Of a stretch of 64,000 nucleotides of DNA, positions 1 through 12,684 are shown piece by piece. Source of the DNA: Octopus bimaculoides (lineage: Eukaryota). Both the position numbers and the translations under genes were made by a program. Location of the stretch: assembly GCF_001194135.2 (NCBI RefSeq), contig NC_069004.1, positions 20,980,611 to 21,044,610 of the forward strand. The letters are read 5' to 3'. Below the pieces are notes generated by a model, which saw nothing but the letters and a program-made list of their open reading frames with translations, was not told the origin of the DNA and did no database searches. Numbering within the stretch: the first letter of the stretch is position 1; the number at the start of each line of letters is the position of its first letter.

Positions 1-109
1 CTGAGGACTGGTGAACCAGATGGCTGCACCAGGTCAATTTGTTCGACAAAAGGTGGTGCTCCAGCATTGCTGTAGTCAAATGACTGAAACAAATACAACA
101 GTAAAAGAG

Positions 110-148
<39 letters not shown>

Positions 149-261
149 GAAAGTAAAAGCAGGAAAAATTACATCATAAAAGTCACAGTAGTATTGTATT
201 AAATAAAATATATAACGTATAATTATGATTATTTAAAAAGGTTTGAGATATCTGACGATAG

Positions 262-342
262 TTTTCTGAATGTATTACCTTTCGAAATGAAATCCAAAGT
301 TGATAACCATTATTAGGAAGTCTATCCACTCATCAGAGAAAA
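262..342 (-). ncRNA. Degenerate minimal type-I hammerhead-like motif
   Basis: Minus strand TTTTCT-CTGATGA-G...C-GAAA-GGTAATACAT-TC-AGAAAA: 6-bp helix I, intact core, UUC site. Helices II and III are poorly paired. Confidence 0.4.
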
Positions 343-492
343 GGATGAATTTCAGTGTAGTAAATCAAATGATAGAGATGTTATTTAAAATCGTATGATA
401 AAGGTGTTGTTTAAAAAGTTATTGGTATAGATGTGTATTGGTATAAATTTGGTCTAAAATTTGGAAAAAATAATATAAATACACCGATCTTT

Positions 493-2377
493 AGTGAACC
501 CCTATTTGTACCCTGAATTCTTCACTGTACTCGTTGTCCCCTCCCCCCTCATCACCTTACTGGTAGCATCCCTGTACAAGGCTTGTATGGCACTCACCAA
601 TCACTCGTCTATCCCTAGTTTGTGCATTGACCACCAGATAACAGATTGGGGGACCCTGTTAAATGCTTTCTCCAAGTCAACAAATGCCAGAGGTTTATCT
701 TTGGCTAGGTATTTCTCCTGCAGCTGCCTTACCAGAAATATAGCATCAGTAGTGCTTCTACCTGGCACAAAAACCAAATTGCATCTCATCTCGACAAACT
801 CTCTCCCTAATTAGTTCGGTTATGACTCTCTCTGTAACTTTCACTGTCTGATCCAACAATATATCTCTATAATTATTTCTATCTAAGGCATCATTATTAC
901 CTTTGTAGCAGTTGACTATAGTCCTGTTACACCAGTCATTGGGCATGACTCCTTCATGAACCATCTGATTAATGATATGGGTGATTAGACCATAACCCAC
1001 ACCACCAGATATTTTAAGCATCTTAGCATTGATTCCTGATGGTCCAGGTTCTTTCTCTATTTTTATATCGCTTTATCTACCACTGTACTGTCGATTCAGA
1101 TAGCTGGTCCCTCAATTGGGTCGACTTTTGGCAGACTCTTCTCCTCCCATTCATTCTCCATGTTCAACAGTCTTTCACAATGGCATCTCCAAGCCTGTTT
1201 CTTTGCAGAATAATTAAAAGCAAGTACACCATCATCCATGTGGACACATTTCTCTCCTATGACATCACAATTTTCACTCACACACTGTCTTGTAATCCAA
1301 AATACTTCAGTATTTTGGTCCTCACGATGCTGAACATAGGCAAACTTCTTTTCTGCTTCTCCCTTGGCTAGATATACCTGTCTCTTCGTTTCCCTTCTGG
1401 CTATCTGATATAGTTCCCTTCTTCCCCCACACTTCCAAACATTTCCAGCCCCATTTCCTTGCCCTAATGGCCCTGTCTACAGTATTGTTCTACCACCACA
1501 TTACCCTAGGTCAGGAAGGGACTTTGCACAGACGAAGTCTGTGGCACTCAGCAAGCTGTCTAACAGGAATTCTCAGTTGTCCTTTATGTCACTAGTTTGT
1601 AGCTCCTCCTCCCTCTCATCAAATTTCTGAATTAGGATGTCCCTAAATCTCTGACCATGTGAAGGGTTCTTAAGCTTCCAAATCTTTCTTTTTCAGATTG
1701 GTCTGCTTCTTGGCATCCTTCTGGCCTGAAGTCTAAAGTCACTAGTGGCTAGTTTATGCTGTGGGGTACATTCTTCACCAGGGTGGGTCTTTGCATTTAA
1801 GAGCAATCTTGCATCCTGTTGGCTTGTGAGAATGAAATCAATCTGGCTAGCAGAGTCACCTGATTCATAGGTTATCAGGTGGCTGTCTGGCTCCCTGAAG
1901 TTGGTGTTGCAGATCAATAGGTTATTTGCATGACAGAACTCCAGTAGCCTTGCTCCCTCTTCGTTTCAGGAACCAATTCCATAGTCCCCATGTACACTAT
2001 ATAAGATAAAAAGCTGCTGTCCGACATGTCCATTGAAATCCCCAGCCACAAAGAGGAGATCATTGTCACTCATCTTTGAGGTAACCTGCAGAAGAATATC
2101 ATAAAAATGGTCCTTCTGTTCATTTGGTAGGCCCGCTTGTGGGGTGTAGGCAGATATAATTGTAGTTATACTATTCTGAGTTTAAGCACTCCGTCGCACA
2201 TTCTAATTCCATCACCTTATCCACCTCTTTCTCTGCAAAAAGAATGCCCACACCTCCTACTCCATCACTGTTAACTTCCCATAAGATTTTATATCTGTGT
2301 GTCTTGCCTATGAGGAACCTGGCTGAAGCTCCTCTCCACCTTACCTCTTGGATGCAACATATATTAACAAACATATT
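493..2377 (-). mobile_element. RTE-clade LINE, decayed (APE endonuclease + RT fragments), 3' part missing
   Basis: ORF fragments ICCIQEVRWRG..GVGGVGIL and SQIDFIL (APE), NCYKGNNDALDRNNYR, and FVDLEKAFNRVP (RT). Same family as 45445-47205 and 61254-64000. Confidence 0.92.
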
Positions 2378-2772
2378 CTCTTTTACTTGTTTCAGTCATT
2401 TGACTGTGGCCATGCTGGAGCACCACTTTTAGTCGAGCAAATCGACCCCAGGACTTACTCTTTTGTAAGCCTAGTACTTATTCTATCGGTCTCTTTTGCC
2501 GAACCGCTAAGTTACGGGGACGTAAACACACCAGCATCGGTTGTCAAGCGATGTTGGGGGGACAAACACAGACACACAAACATACACACACACACATATA
2601 TATATATATATACATATATACGACGGGCTTCTTTCAGTTTCCGTCTACCAAATCCACTCACAAGGCTTTGGTCGGCCCGAGGCTATAGTAGAAGACACTT
2701 GCCCAAGGTGCCACACAGTGGGACTGAACCCGGAACCATGTGGTTGGTAAGCAAGCTACTTACCACACAGCC
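2378..2772 (-). mobile_element. Full-length tRNA-derived SINE, family A (CORE-like ACCTTGGGCAAG after the head, internal TA/CA microsatellite)
   Basis: Reverse complement begins GGCTGTGTGGTAAG...GGTTCAGTCCC (A/B-box-like). Many homologues in the window. Confidence 0.9.
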
Positions 2773-3257
2773 ATAAAAAATTTTTAGATTCAAAATTGAA
2801 TGTGGCAATTAAGTTTAGGCACCAGAATATAGTATGGTATTATCCAAACAATTCCAAAAACACGGTGATCAAAAATCAAAAAAAGCAACACGGATTTTCA
2901 AGGTTATTGCAGTATGCACGTTTCATGCCACTCCATTTATTTAAGTAATGCGAGCATTACATTAAATGTAAAATGCAGAACATTCTTCAGCTGCACAAGG
3001 ATACAGAAAATTTACTGAAAATTTCATTTCAGCAGAATGGACATATTACTGTTGTGACAACATTTAAACAATCTAAGTGGGAAAGAAGAATACAAAAAAA
3101 CCATCTTGACATAGCCAAGGCTAGCAGGCTAGTAATTAATTCTTGATAGAATTCTAACTATCCCTGATTTTATTTGTTTTTTTATCTAGTGATTTAAAGC
3201 TTAAGGGGGCAACCAGCCTTTCTCTTATATATATATGAAATACAAAAACGAAATATG

Positions 3258-3391
3258 ACATATACATACACATACATATACACATACATATATATATATA
3301 TACACATACATATATATATATATACACACATACATATATATATACACATACATATATATATATATACACACATACATATATATATATATAT

Positions 3392-3423
<32 letters not shown>

Positions 3424-3618
3424 ACANNNNNNNNNNNNNNNNNNNNNNNNNNNNNNNNNNNNNNNNNNNNNNNNNNNNNNNNNNNNNNNNNNNNNNNNNN
3501 NNNNNNNNNNNNNNNNNNNNNNNNNNNNNNNNNNNNNNNNNNNNNNNNNNNNNNNNNNNNNNNNNNNNNNNNNNATATACACATACATATATATATATAC
3601 ACATACATATATATATAT

Positions 3619-3673
<55 letters not shown>

Positions 3674-3712
3674 CATAAACATACATGCATACATACATAC
3701 ATATGTATTTAG
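3258..3712. repeat. (TA)n/(TACA)n compound microsatellite with N gap
   Basis: Direct reading. It produces the YIYIY pseudo-ORFs. Confidence 0.98.
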
Positions 3713-4262
3713 GGAAAATAGGGATGTTCATCATAAATGTAGTAATACTAATCCATAACAAGGAGACCTAAGAGGTAGTGTTTTTCTATTAATTGTAAGG
3801 ATAGTCTCAATTAATTAATTAATTAATTAAAGTTTTTCATGGAATAATATAACATACTTTGTTGTGTCTGGTGGGGAGTCATTCTGTCTCAATGCCTTAT
3901 TAATTAACAAGCTCACAGGTTCAATTTCCACTCATTTATTATTTATGAAATACAAAAACGAAATATGACATATGCAATTTCAGAATTCAACTTGGAAATT
4001 AGCTGAGCTAAGCACTGTACACCATAGCACTAGGAATATTCTTAAAGCAAAAACCATTTTTTGTCTGTTTTTGAAAAGCTAGTCTATGTCTTCCAGGATG
4101 TAATTGTTTTAGTTTCAACATGCAGATTAAATCATTCGCCTCCCAAGTATATCTCCAAAATATCTAATATTTAAATAAATAAATGAAAAAAAAACATGAA
4201 GTACAAAGTCAAAATAAGGAAAATGAAAGGAATGAAGCGTAGTATTTTGCTTTGAACTTTAC

Positions 4263-4334
4263 CTTATTTGTAACATCGTACACAATAACAATAGCAGAGG
4301 CACCGTGCATTTGGCTGGAATAATTGGTAAGGAG
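4263..4334 (-). CDS. Rab-family small GTPase, switch II/beta4 exon, 72 nt
   Basis: Acceptor TTTCATTCCACCACAG|, LLTNYSSQMHGASAIVIVYDVTNK (GAxAxxxVYDVT), donor AAG|GTAAAG. After splicing, the E-to-GA spacing is 11 aa, as in canonical Rabs. Confidence 0.9.
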
Positions 4335-4527
4335 CTGTGGTGGAATGAAATATACAGAAGAGGTAATAAACAATGAATAATAGGAGAATAAAACATAAAT
4401 GGATATATATCAAAGGAAGAGTGAAAGAGAGAAGAGGAGGAAAGAGAAAGAAAATAAGAGAAAAATAAAGAGAGAAGGAAGAAAGAAAACAAAGAGTAAA
4501 TCAAGGAAATGAAAGGAATAAAAAATG

Positions 4528-4713
4528 CATGACTGTGTAGTAAGAAGCTTGTTTCCCAACCACATGTTTCTGGGTTCAGTCCCACTGTGTAGCACCTTGG
4601 GCAAGTATCTTCCACATAAACCTTGGATTGACCAAAGTCTTGAGTCGATTTGGAAGAGAGAAACTGAAGAAACCTGTATTGTATATACACATATATATAT
4701 ATATATATATATA
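4528..4713 (+). mobile_element. SINE family A 5' half, running into TA repeat and gap
   Basis: GACTGTGTAGTAAGAAGCTTG...GGGTTCAGTCCCACTG...CACCTTGGGCAAG. Confidence 0.85.
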
Positions 4714-5189
4714 TNNNNNNNNNNNNNNNNNNNNNNNNNNNNNNNNNNNNNNNNNNNNNNNNNNNNNNNNNNNNNNNNNNNNNNNNNNNNNNNNNNNNNN
4801 NNNNNNNNNNNNNNNNNNNNNNNNNNNNNNNNNNNNNNNNNNNNNNNNNNNNNNNNNNNNNNNNNNNNNNNNNNNNNNNNNNNNNNNNNNNNNNNCTTCC
4901 ATTTATTTTGAATGTATGATCTGGCGTTGTTTCGAAACTGTTCGGTATGAGCATGTGAGTGTGTGCAAGCTCGTATGTGTGCACGCTCATATGTGTGCTC
5001 GCACTTATGTGTTCGTGCTTATATGTAAGTATGTGCGTCCATATGTGTGTTTGTAACAATTTCATTTATATCCGATCAGATAGAGACTTTTTTTTTTATT
5101 TTTATATATTTTTTTTTTTAAATTTAAATTTATTTATTTACGTTCATATTCCGCATCATATGTGTGAACAACACATGCAACCATGGGCA

Positions 5190-5580
5190 ATTGTAAGGCC
5201 CTCATCTACGTGTATTTGGTGTTCAAAATTGGTTGCGTTTCAGTTATGAGGACCGACTCCTGTATTTGTTGCAACAATGCGTCACCTGGGGGGTCTAGAC
5301 AGGATTTCTATGCTAATTCTGTCCAGTACACCACCATGTTGTTCTTTGGCATGCTGGTAGAGCACCGAGGTTTGTTTTTGATTATTATAGTCCCTCCAAT
5401 GTTCGTTTACACGCTCAGCCAAACTTCTTGCCGTTTCACCTATGTATGTCGTGTTTCTGTTTTTACACTCACCATCCATACAGCTTATTTTGTAGACCAC
5501 ATTTCTGGCTTTGCAGTTGGCACCAGGACTATATTTGCACACAATGCAACTCTCCTCAACACACCTTGTTCTTCTGAAGG
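5190..5580 (-). mobile_element. Penelope-like element GIY-YIG endonuclease fragment
   Basis: CKARNVVYKISC..TYIGETARSLAERVNEH, continuing after a frameshift as DALLQQIQESVLITETQPILN. Same family as the endonuclease at ~33890-34170. Confidence 0.88.
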
Positions 5581-6421
5581 GATATGTTTTACATATTATA
5601 TATTATTTTATGTATATTAATAATAAAACATGTATTAGCAAGACAAAAACGAAATGATGGGGTAACTTACGAGCTGAGATGTTACATGGTCAGTGACTGT
5701 TAGAAGGTTTGTTTACATAGAGTTATGACGGGGTCACCGATATTATTCCATGGGCTGTAGGCATAAGAACGCTAGTTTACATAGAAATATAAAGGGAGGG
5801 TGTTATTGATGTGATGCTAAAGGTTGTGGTCAAGGAGTTATTCGGGTGGGTGAGGGGAGATAATTAAAGTGAATGTTTACATATGTGTCTGCTAGCATGC
5901 AGACACCTATGTACAAACACGTGCGTGTACGCACATACACACATACATATGCGCACCCCCATGTGTACATACCCACACACATACACATACACACCCATAC
6001 AGAAACCTCCACATGCACATATGTACATACACGCTCACCTATACATACGTGCCTGTATCTATACCTACATTCCTGTATATGTACAAACATACAAGTATCC
6101 ACACCCGCACATACCTACATATGCACGCATGCATATACACACATTTGTATATATTTGTACACACTTGTATGTATGCACAAGTATACACCCATAAACATAC
6201 TCACACATACACACACACATGTACCCACTCACACACCCACACACGCCCACCCTCACATGCACTCACAAACATACGTATGCATATATGTACCCCAAAACAC
6301 ACGTGTTTTTTGTTTAAGGCTATAAAAAATAATACTATTAATAACACACTGATTTAAAGCGAAGAGCATAAACATGATAAAGAAATATCATTACCCTGTT
6401 ATATATTAATATCCTTATGTT

Positions 6422-7146
6422 TGCGTTAATCAGTGTAAAACCGAAGTATAGGGTGTTAGCTGAGAAATAATAATAATAATAACAAAACACATGCTCATAA
6501 GGAGAAGGTCAGATCTATGGCTAAGCAGTTGGTGATGCAAGGTAGCCTTAGCTGTAATTACTGGGAAGGAAAAAATTAATCAACTATAGAAGGGGAAAAG
6601 GCAAGTTGTGGTGGAAGAAGAAGTGGAAATTATTCATAGGATATTGGTTAAAAAAAAAAAAATATATAATAACTATAATAAAAATACTGCTTGGAGCCTA
6701 ACCTAGTGGGAATGATGGAGCTAGCTGTAATAAAGGAAGGTATGTTTCTTGAAGTGCTGACAGCGNNNNNNNNNNNNNNNNNNNNNNNNNNNNNNNNNNN
6801 NNTGCGTTAATCAGTGTAAAACCGAAGTATAGGGTGTTAGCTGAGAAATAATAATAATAATAACAAAACACATGCTCATAAGGAGAAGGTCAGATCTATG
6901 GCTAAGCAGTTGGTGATGCAAGGTAGCCTTAGCTGTAATTACTGGGAAGGAAAAAATTAATCAACTATAGAAGGGGAAAAGGCAAGTTGTGGTGGAAGAA
7001 GAAGTGGAAATTATTCATAGGATATTGGTTAAAAAAAAAAAAATATATAATAACTATAATAAAAATACTGCTTGGAGCCTAACCTAGTGGGAATGATGGA
7101 GCTAGCTGTAATAAAGGAAGGTATGTTTCTTGAAGTGCTGACAGCG
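6422..7146. other. 344-bp apparently identical duplication flanking a 37-N gap (probable assembly overlap)
   Basis: 6422-6765 matches 6803-7146 by eye, and both copies abut the gap. Confidence 0.85.
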
Positions 7147-7461
7147 GTACGCTCTCTGAGTGATTTGGTTAACTAGGCGATTCCTGGAGAACAGGATATA
7201 AAAAAGTTCTAAGTTACAAAGAGGGCAGAATTCCCTCCCCTTATCATAGGGCACTGAGGTGGCCAGTATAGACCATTCCAAAGAGAATTGCTTATTGCAA
7301 TCCTTCAGTTCCCAAATAAATTTACTTAGGCCAGTGGTGCTAGCTTTATTTCTATCTCTAAACGACGAATAATGATTCGAGATTCTCTTGGATATCTGTG
7401 TCGATGAGCTACCTACATAATATGTGACATCAGTGTTGGAAGTTACCTTGCATTGATACAC
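7102..7461 (-). mobile_element. GIY-YIG endonuclease ORF (119 aa) of a second Penelope-like family
   Basis: MYQCKV..YYVGSS..KRISNHYSSFR..STTGLSKFIWELK..WSIL..CPLCNLE..CQH; open reading frame ending in a stop. Confidence 0.85.
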
Positions 7462-7574
7462 TACATTTTTGGTCCTTCAATTCTCACCCATCATTTCGTT
7501 TTTGTCTTGCTAATACATGTTTTATTATGATCTCCCTGATGAGAAACAAGTGATGATTCCAGCNNNNNNNNNNA

Positions 7575-8357
7575 GGGTCAGTTGGGCACCATCTGTGAGA
7601 AAAACAGCCCCATGATGCAATTCACTCTGCTAGAAATTTGAAATCAACATGCTGTACTGCTTGGCATTTGCGCCAGAAGCTCCAATATGAACAGATGGTG
7701 AACACACAGAACAGTTGGCTCACTGTTTCCCCAAAACATGTACCAAGAGTGATAAAAATCAAACATCCAGTCAACATCATGATATTTGGAGTGATCACTA
7801 GTGATGTGACATTATGCCTCCATTCATCTTCCTACATGGTCTCAGACTCAACACAGAGGCCTACATCAAGTGCCTGGAGGAGTTAGTGCTGCCCTGGCTC
7901 AAGAGGCTGGCTGGTGGAAGATCCTCTGTCTGGCAACAGGACTCTGTACCATGCCACACAAGCAGGAGAACCCAGTCATGGCTGTCAGACTATTTCTGCG
8001 ATCACATTAGACCTGACATCTGGCCACCTAACTCCCCAGACTGCAACCCCCCTTGATAATTATGTGGGGCGCAGTTGAGCAACAAAACTCCTTGTGACAC
8101 CAAAGACGAATTGAAGGCAAGGATTATGACAGCATTCACCAATTTAAACAAGGAGACCATCCAGAAGAGCTGCAGGAGATTCCAAAGTCATCTGGAGGCT
8201 GTGATTGAAGCCAATGGGGATTTTATTGAATAAATTTACTTGTTAGTATTTCAAGATATTTTTATGTAATTTAGGTAAATATATCTGTTAAAATGAGATG
8301 CCAGCATTATTTTCATTTTTGCGTAATTTAGACAACAATATATTCACTGCACCGTGT
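7575..8357 (+). mobile_element. maT (DD37D) Tc1/mariner-superfamily transposase, 3' part, decayed
   Basis: WQQDSVPCHTS...WPPNSPDCNP(L)D, with 37 residues between the second and third acidic residues. The 5' end is lost in a gap. Confidence 0.85.
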
Positions 8358-8599
8358 GTATGTGTCCCTTCCTCCACTACTTGACAACCGGTGTTGGTGT
8401 GTTTGTATCCCCGTAACTTAGCAGTGCAGTAAAATAAGTCGACAGGATAAGTACCAGGCTTAAAAAAAGGAAAGTATTGGGGCTGATTCATTTGACTAAA
8501 AATTCTTTAAGGCAGTGCCCCAGCATGGTCGCAGTCTAATGACTCAAACAAATAAAAGATAAAAAGAGGAGAAAGAGAGGGTGTATTTATGAACTTCTT

Positions 8600-9430
8600 T
8601 TTACTGTTAACCTAAGAGTCCTAGTAGCTAAAATATTCAGAAAATTACACAGCATTTTGAATGCACGGTATAGGTTTTTAACCTGTCAGTAAATGTGAAA
8701 AAGACTGAAGTGTTGTTCTAACTTAAACTGGGAGTGCAAATCAGTCCCTATAGTGAAAAAGATCATATACTGAGGCAGCACAATTTCTGATGGCAACAGC
8801 CTGGATGTAGATAGAATTGGTTGGTTACAATTACAGTTACTTTTGAGAAGTTCAATAACTGATTGTGGAAATAATATGGCATAAAACTTATCAAGAAAAT
8901 GCACTGAGCAGTAGTACTATCTTGTTTGTTATGTTCTGCTTAAACTTACAAACTGTATTGTCACCATATGAAAAAAGCTGATGAGCTGTCACCTATGCTT
9001 GTTACAATCTATAATGAACATTTCTAATCAAAATGTCCAGTAAAGGGTAAATATGTCTAGTGCAGAGTCTATACTGATGCAATCACAATTATGCTTGGTG
9101 GGGGTACATAATATGTACAGACATTAGGATATGATTCACATGGAAGCTGCAGAAGATGGGCCCAGAAACTTCATTATGATGAAGTCATCAAATGAAGTAG
9201 ATGGCCTGAGTGAAACTGCATGAGAGAAAACAGCAACTGATCACAAACACGAGGAGAGGGCAAGGATGGAAGGAATAAACGTTACAAAGTCTAATAGGGT
9301 GAAACAACAGGAAGAAAGAAAGAGAAACTACAGCAAGGTCAATTATGTTGGGATTACCAACAATATTCTGCAATAATTGTGGTCAAGGTTGTGCTTAACC
9401 TAAAGGGTTACAATCCAACAAAAGAGCAAA
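8600..9430 (+). mobile_element. Old, highly decayed RTE-like LINE 3' fragment (different family)
   Basis: Interrupted frames GSTISDGNSLD, AVVLSCLLCSA*TYKLYCHHMKK, ESILMQSQLCLVG and a terminal FCNNCGQGC resemble the RTE C-terminus. Confidence 0.6.
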
Positions 9431-9479
9431 ACATTGTTGATGAAATTTCTTTGCCATATTCAAAATGGCTTTGCATTCT

Positions 9480-9877
9480 GGATCCAAATTCCACCGAAAT
9501 TGAATTTGCTTTTCATCCTTTTGGGGTTGATAAATTAAGTACCTGTTGAACTCTGGGATTGATGTAATCAGTTATCCTCTCCCACAAAATTTCAGGCTCT
9601 GTGCCAAAAGTTAGAAAGAATAGTTTTTATTATTGTTATTATATGATTGTTGTTGTTGTTATTCTTATTACCATAAAAGCAGCAAGCTGGCAGAATCATT
9701 AGCATGCCAGGCAAAATGCTTAGCGGTCTTTACATTCTGAGTTCAAATTCTGGCATGGTCGACTTTGCCTTTCATCCTTCTGAGGTCAATAAAATAAGTA
9801 CCACTTGAGCAATGGGGCCAATGTATTCAATTTACCTGTTCCCCTGAACTTGCTGGCATTGCACCAAAAGTTGAAAC

Positions 9878-9942
<65 letters not shown>
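9480..9942 (+). mobile_element. Two SINE family B copies (one partial) followed by (ATT)n
   Basis: AGCTGGCAGAATCATTAGCATGCC...GAGTTCAAATTC...GACTTTGCCTTTCATCC, homologous to 49837-50067. Confidence 0.8.
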
Positions 9943-9943
<1 letters not shown>

Positions 9944-11057
9944 GTAGTAGTAGTTCTTGATGCAGAAGCCACATTAGAAATAGTAAATAAGGAGCTGTTT
10001 AATGCCAAACTGCCCACTCTGTCAGTTGAGAGATATTTATAGAGAGGGTGCTGGAGTCTTAAGCACTTTGAAATTTATTATTGTATGTTGATTCATCAAG
10101 AGGGGAGGAGACAGAGGAGATAAGGAAGGAAGAAAACGACTGAAAGAGAGGGAAAAGAAGTAGAAGCTAAAGAAACATAAAAGATAAGTTCTGAATTTAA
10201 GAGTGCCATAAAACTCACACTATTTTACTAACAGATAATCTGAAACACTAAGCATATTTATAGCAATACACAAACGTGTGTGGATGTGTGTTTATGTGTA
10301 TGCTCATCATCATCATAGTAACGTTTACTTTTCCCATGCTTGCATTGATCAGGTAGATGACAACAAGGCAAACTTTTCTATGGCTGGATCCTCTTCCTGA
10401 TCTCAACCCTCACCTGTTATCAAGCGAAGTAATAACCTCCCCCTCCGGAGTATCAAACAATGATCAGCTTCAACATATTTTCATAGAGAACTGGAAACAA
10501 GCAATACCATTTACGTAAATTGTGAAGCTTTTGGTTACAGAGTGTGACATGCGAAGAAATCTCAAGAAGCTTGAAGATTCTTTTGCAGCAGACTGCAAGT
10601 AAACAACAGCAGACTGTAAGTAAACAACAGCAGACATACTGAAAACAAAGACAAATATAAACCCACTCACACACATACATAACAATCCTCTTCGGTTTCC
10701 ATTTACCAATTTTACTCACAAGGTATTGATCAACAGAATTTGAAGAAATGGTTACGGTAGAGAATACCAACCAACTAACCATAGTGGGACTGAACCTCTA
10801 ACCATATAGTTCATAAGTGAACTTTTTAACTACATAGCTGTGCCTGCACATTTATTTATTTATATATGTAGACAGATGCAGCAATCATGAGGTCTTGATT
10901 TTAATTCCACTGCATAACATCTTGATCAAATATCACAATACCTTGTGGGTAGGTGATAATTGTCTGAATGGAAGCACTTCAGATGAATTGTGTCTGTAAC
11001 ATAAAGGTCCACTCTTGTCATAATTTTATACTGATTCTGCCTTAGAATTACATTAAG

Positions 11058-11109
<52 letters not shown>

Positions 11110-11112
<3 letters not shown>

Positions 11113-12445
11113 TATGTGATCAAAAGTATCCAGACACCCACCTGATAATGAAGTACAAATTTGGGCCACTCTCCACTGGGAACAGTGGCAGTCAATATGG
11201 TGTTGGCCCACCCTTAGCCTTGATGATAGCTTCCACACATTGTAGGTCATGTTTAGTGGCAGGGGTCTATTGTGATTTTGTTTTCATGATATGAGAAGTG
11301 CTTGAGATTTTAAAGACGAACAAAATGTTTAAGTTAAAACCTTCCATGTGGTTGAAACAATTAGGTGGCAGGTCTCCTGGGAAATGGCAGCCCATTCTTT
11401 GCAGAGCATCGAAATGAGCAAGGGTATTGATGTGGGTCAATGTGGTCTAGCATGAAGTTGGCATTCCAAAACATCCCAGAGATATTCGATGGAATTTAAA
11501 TCAGGATTCTGCATAGACCAGTCTATTAGTGGGATGTTGTTGTCATCAAACCAACCCCTACAACCCCTGCAGTATGGACAGGTGCTCGGTCATGTTGAAA
11601 GACACAACGGTCATCCTCTAACTGGCTTTCAACGGGAAGTAATATGAAAGTGGTTAAAATGTCAGTGTAAGCTTGTGCTGTGATAGTGCCACATAAGGCA
11701 ACAAGGGGGCCTAGCCCCCTCCAGGAGAAATATGACTACACATGACTCCATCACCGCTGAATTTCACAGTCAGCACTATCCAGACTGGTGCATATCATTC
11801 ACTAGGTATTCGTCACACCCACGCACTACCATCAGATCACAACATTGTGTACTGTGATTCATCACTCCACACAATTGTTTTCCACTATTCTATAGTCCAG
11901 TTTTGACACTCTTCACACCATGCAAGCAGGCATTGGGCAGCTGTTCTTCTAGGGAAACCAAGCTTCCACACCTTGTGCCAAACAGCTATTATAGTCGTTG
12001 GAGTAGATCCTGTCGCAGTTTGGAATTTGTGTGATGGTAGTGAGGGGTGAGAGAAAATTATGCTATATGACCCTCTCCAACTCTTGACAGTCTGTAAGGG
12101 TTAACAAGGGAGGTTGGCCCAAGGGAGGTTATACACATCCTCTCATGTTTCCACATCACAATTACTTTAGAATCAGTGGACCTAGGGACGTTCAGGAGGG
12201 TGGAAATGTTGCATACAGGCTTAGTAGACAAGTGGCACCCAACCACCTGACTATGTTGAAAGTCCATTAGTTCCACAGAGCATCCCGCTCTGCTGCTTAG
12301 CACTGTCTGCTAGCTACTGAGATTGCTGACCATGTGTTGCACATGGAAAATGGTAGTGCTGTGGTGCCCTCTGTGATCTACTGTGTTGCCCTTTATGATA
12401 AACACACATTTCACAGGGCATCCAGACACTTTTGATCACATAATG
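11110..12445 (-). mobile_element. Tc1-like DNA transposon, both TIRs, decayed transposase, with a 103-bp foreign insert
   Basis: ~30-bp TIRs CACTATGTGATCAAAAGTATCCAGACACCC and GGGCATCCAGACACTTTTGATCACATAATG, TA at the right end. HTH fragment DFQHSQVVGCHL..ISTLLNVPRST. Confidence 0.88.
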
Positions 12446-12684
12446 TATATATATGGAATACACAGCCACTTTCACACGAATTCGATGAGCCAGGTTTAGT
12501 TGATCAATCAACACTCAGGGTCAGAAATCCTGAGATACTATGGTGTGTAGTATCTCCTGATGACCCCCATACACTTGCTGGCTTCCAGTATGTGGAGCTT
12601 TCGACTGGTAGCACTTACATGTGCAAGTTGTTTGCAAAACGTGTGTGTTTGTGTTTGTGCGTGTGTGTGTGTGTGTGTATCTTA

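Noticed and set aside
3154-3761. Long ORFs such as YIYIYI/CVCVC here and at 4259-5065, 28064-28627 and 35358-35814
   Set aside because: Produced by dinucleotide microsatellites and N runs; no coding signal.
6422-7146. 344-bp tandem duplication
   Set aside because: The copies look identical and both abut a 37-N gap, typical of an unmerged contig overlap rather than biology.
12520-12570. Type II hammerhead candidate (GAAA, hairpin, CTGATGA)
   Set aside because: No helix III or UH site, and the alternative GGGTCA/TGACCC pairing consumes the core.
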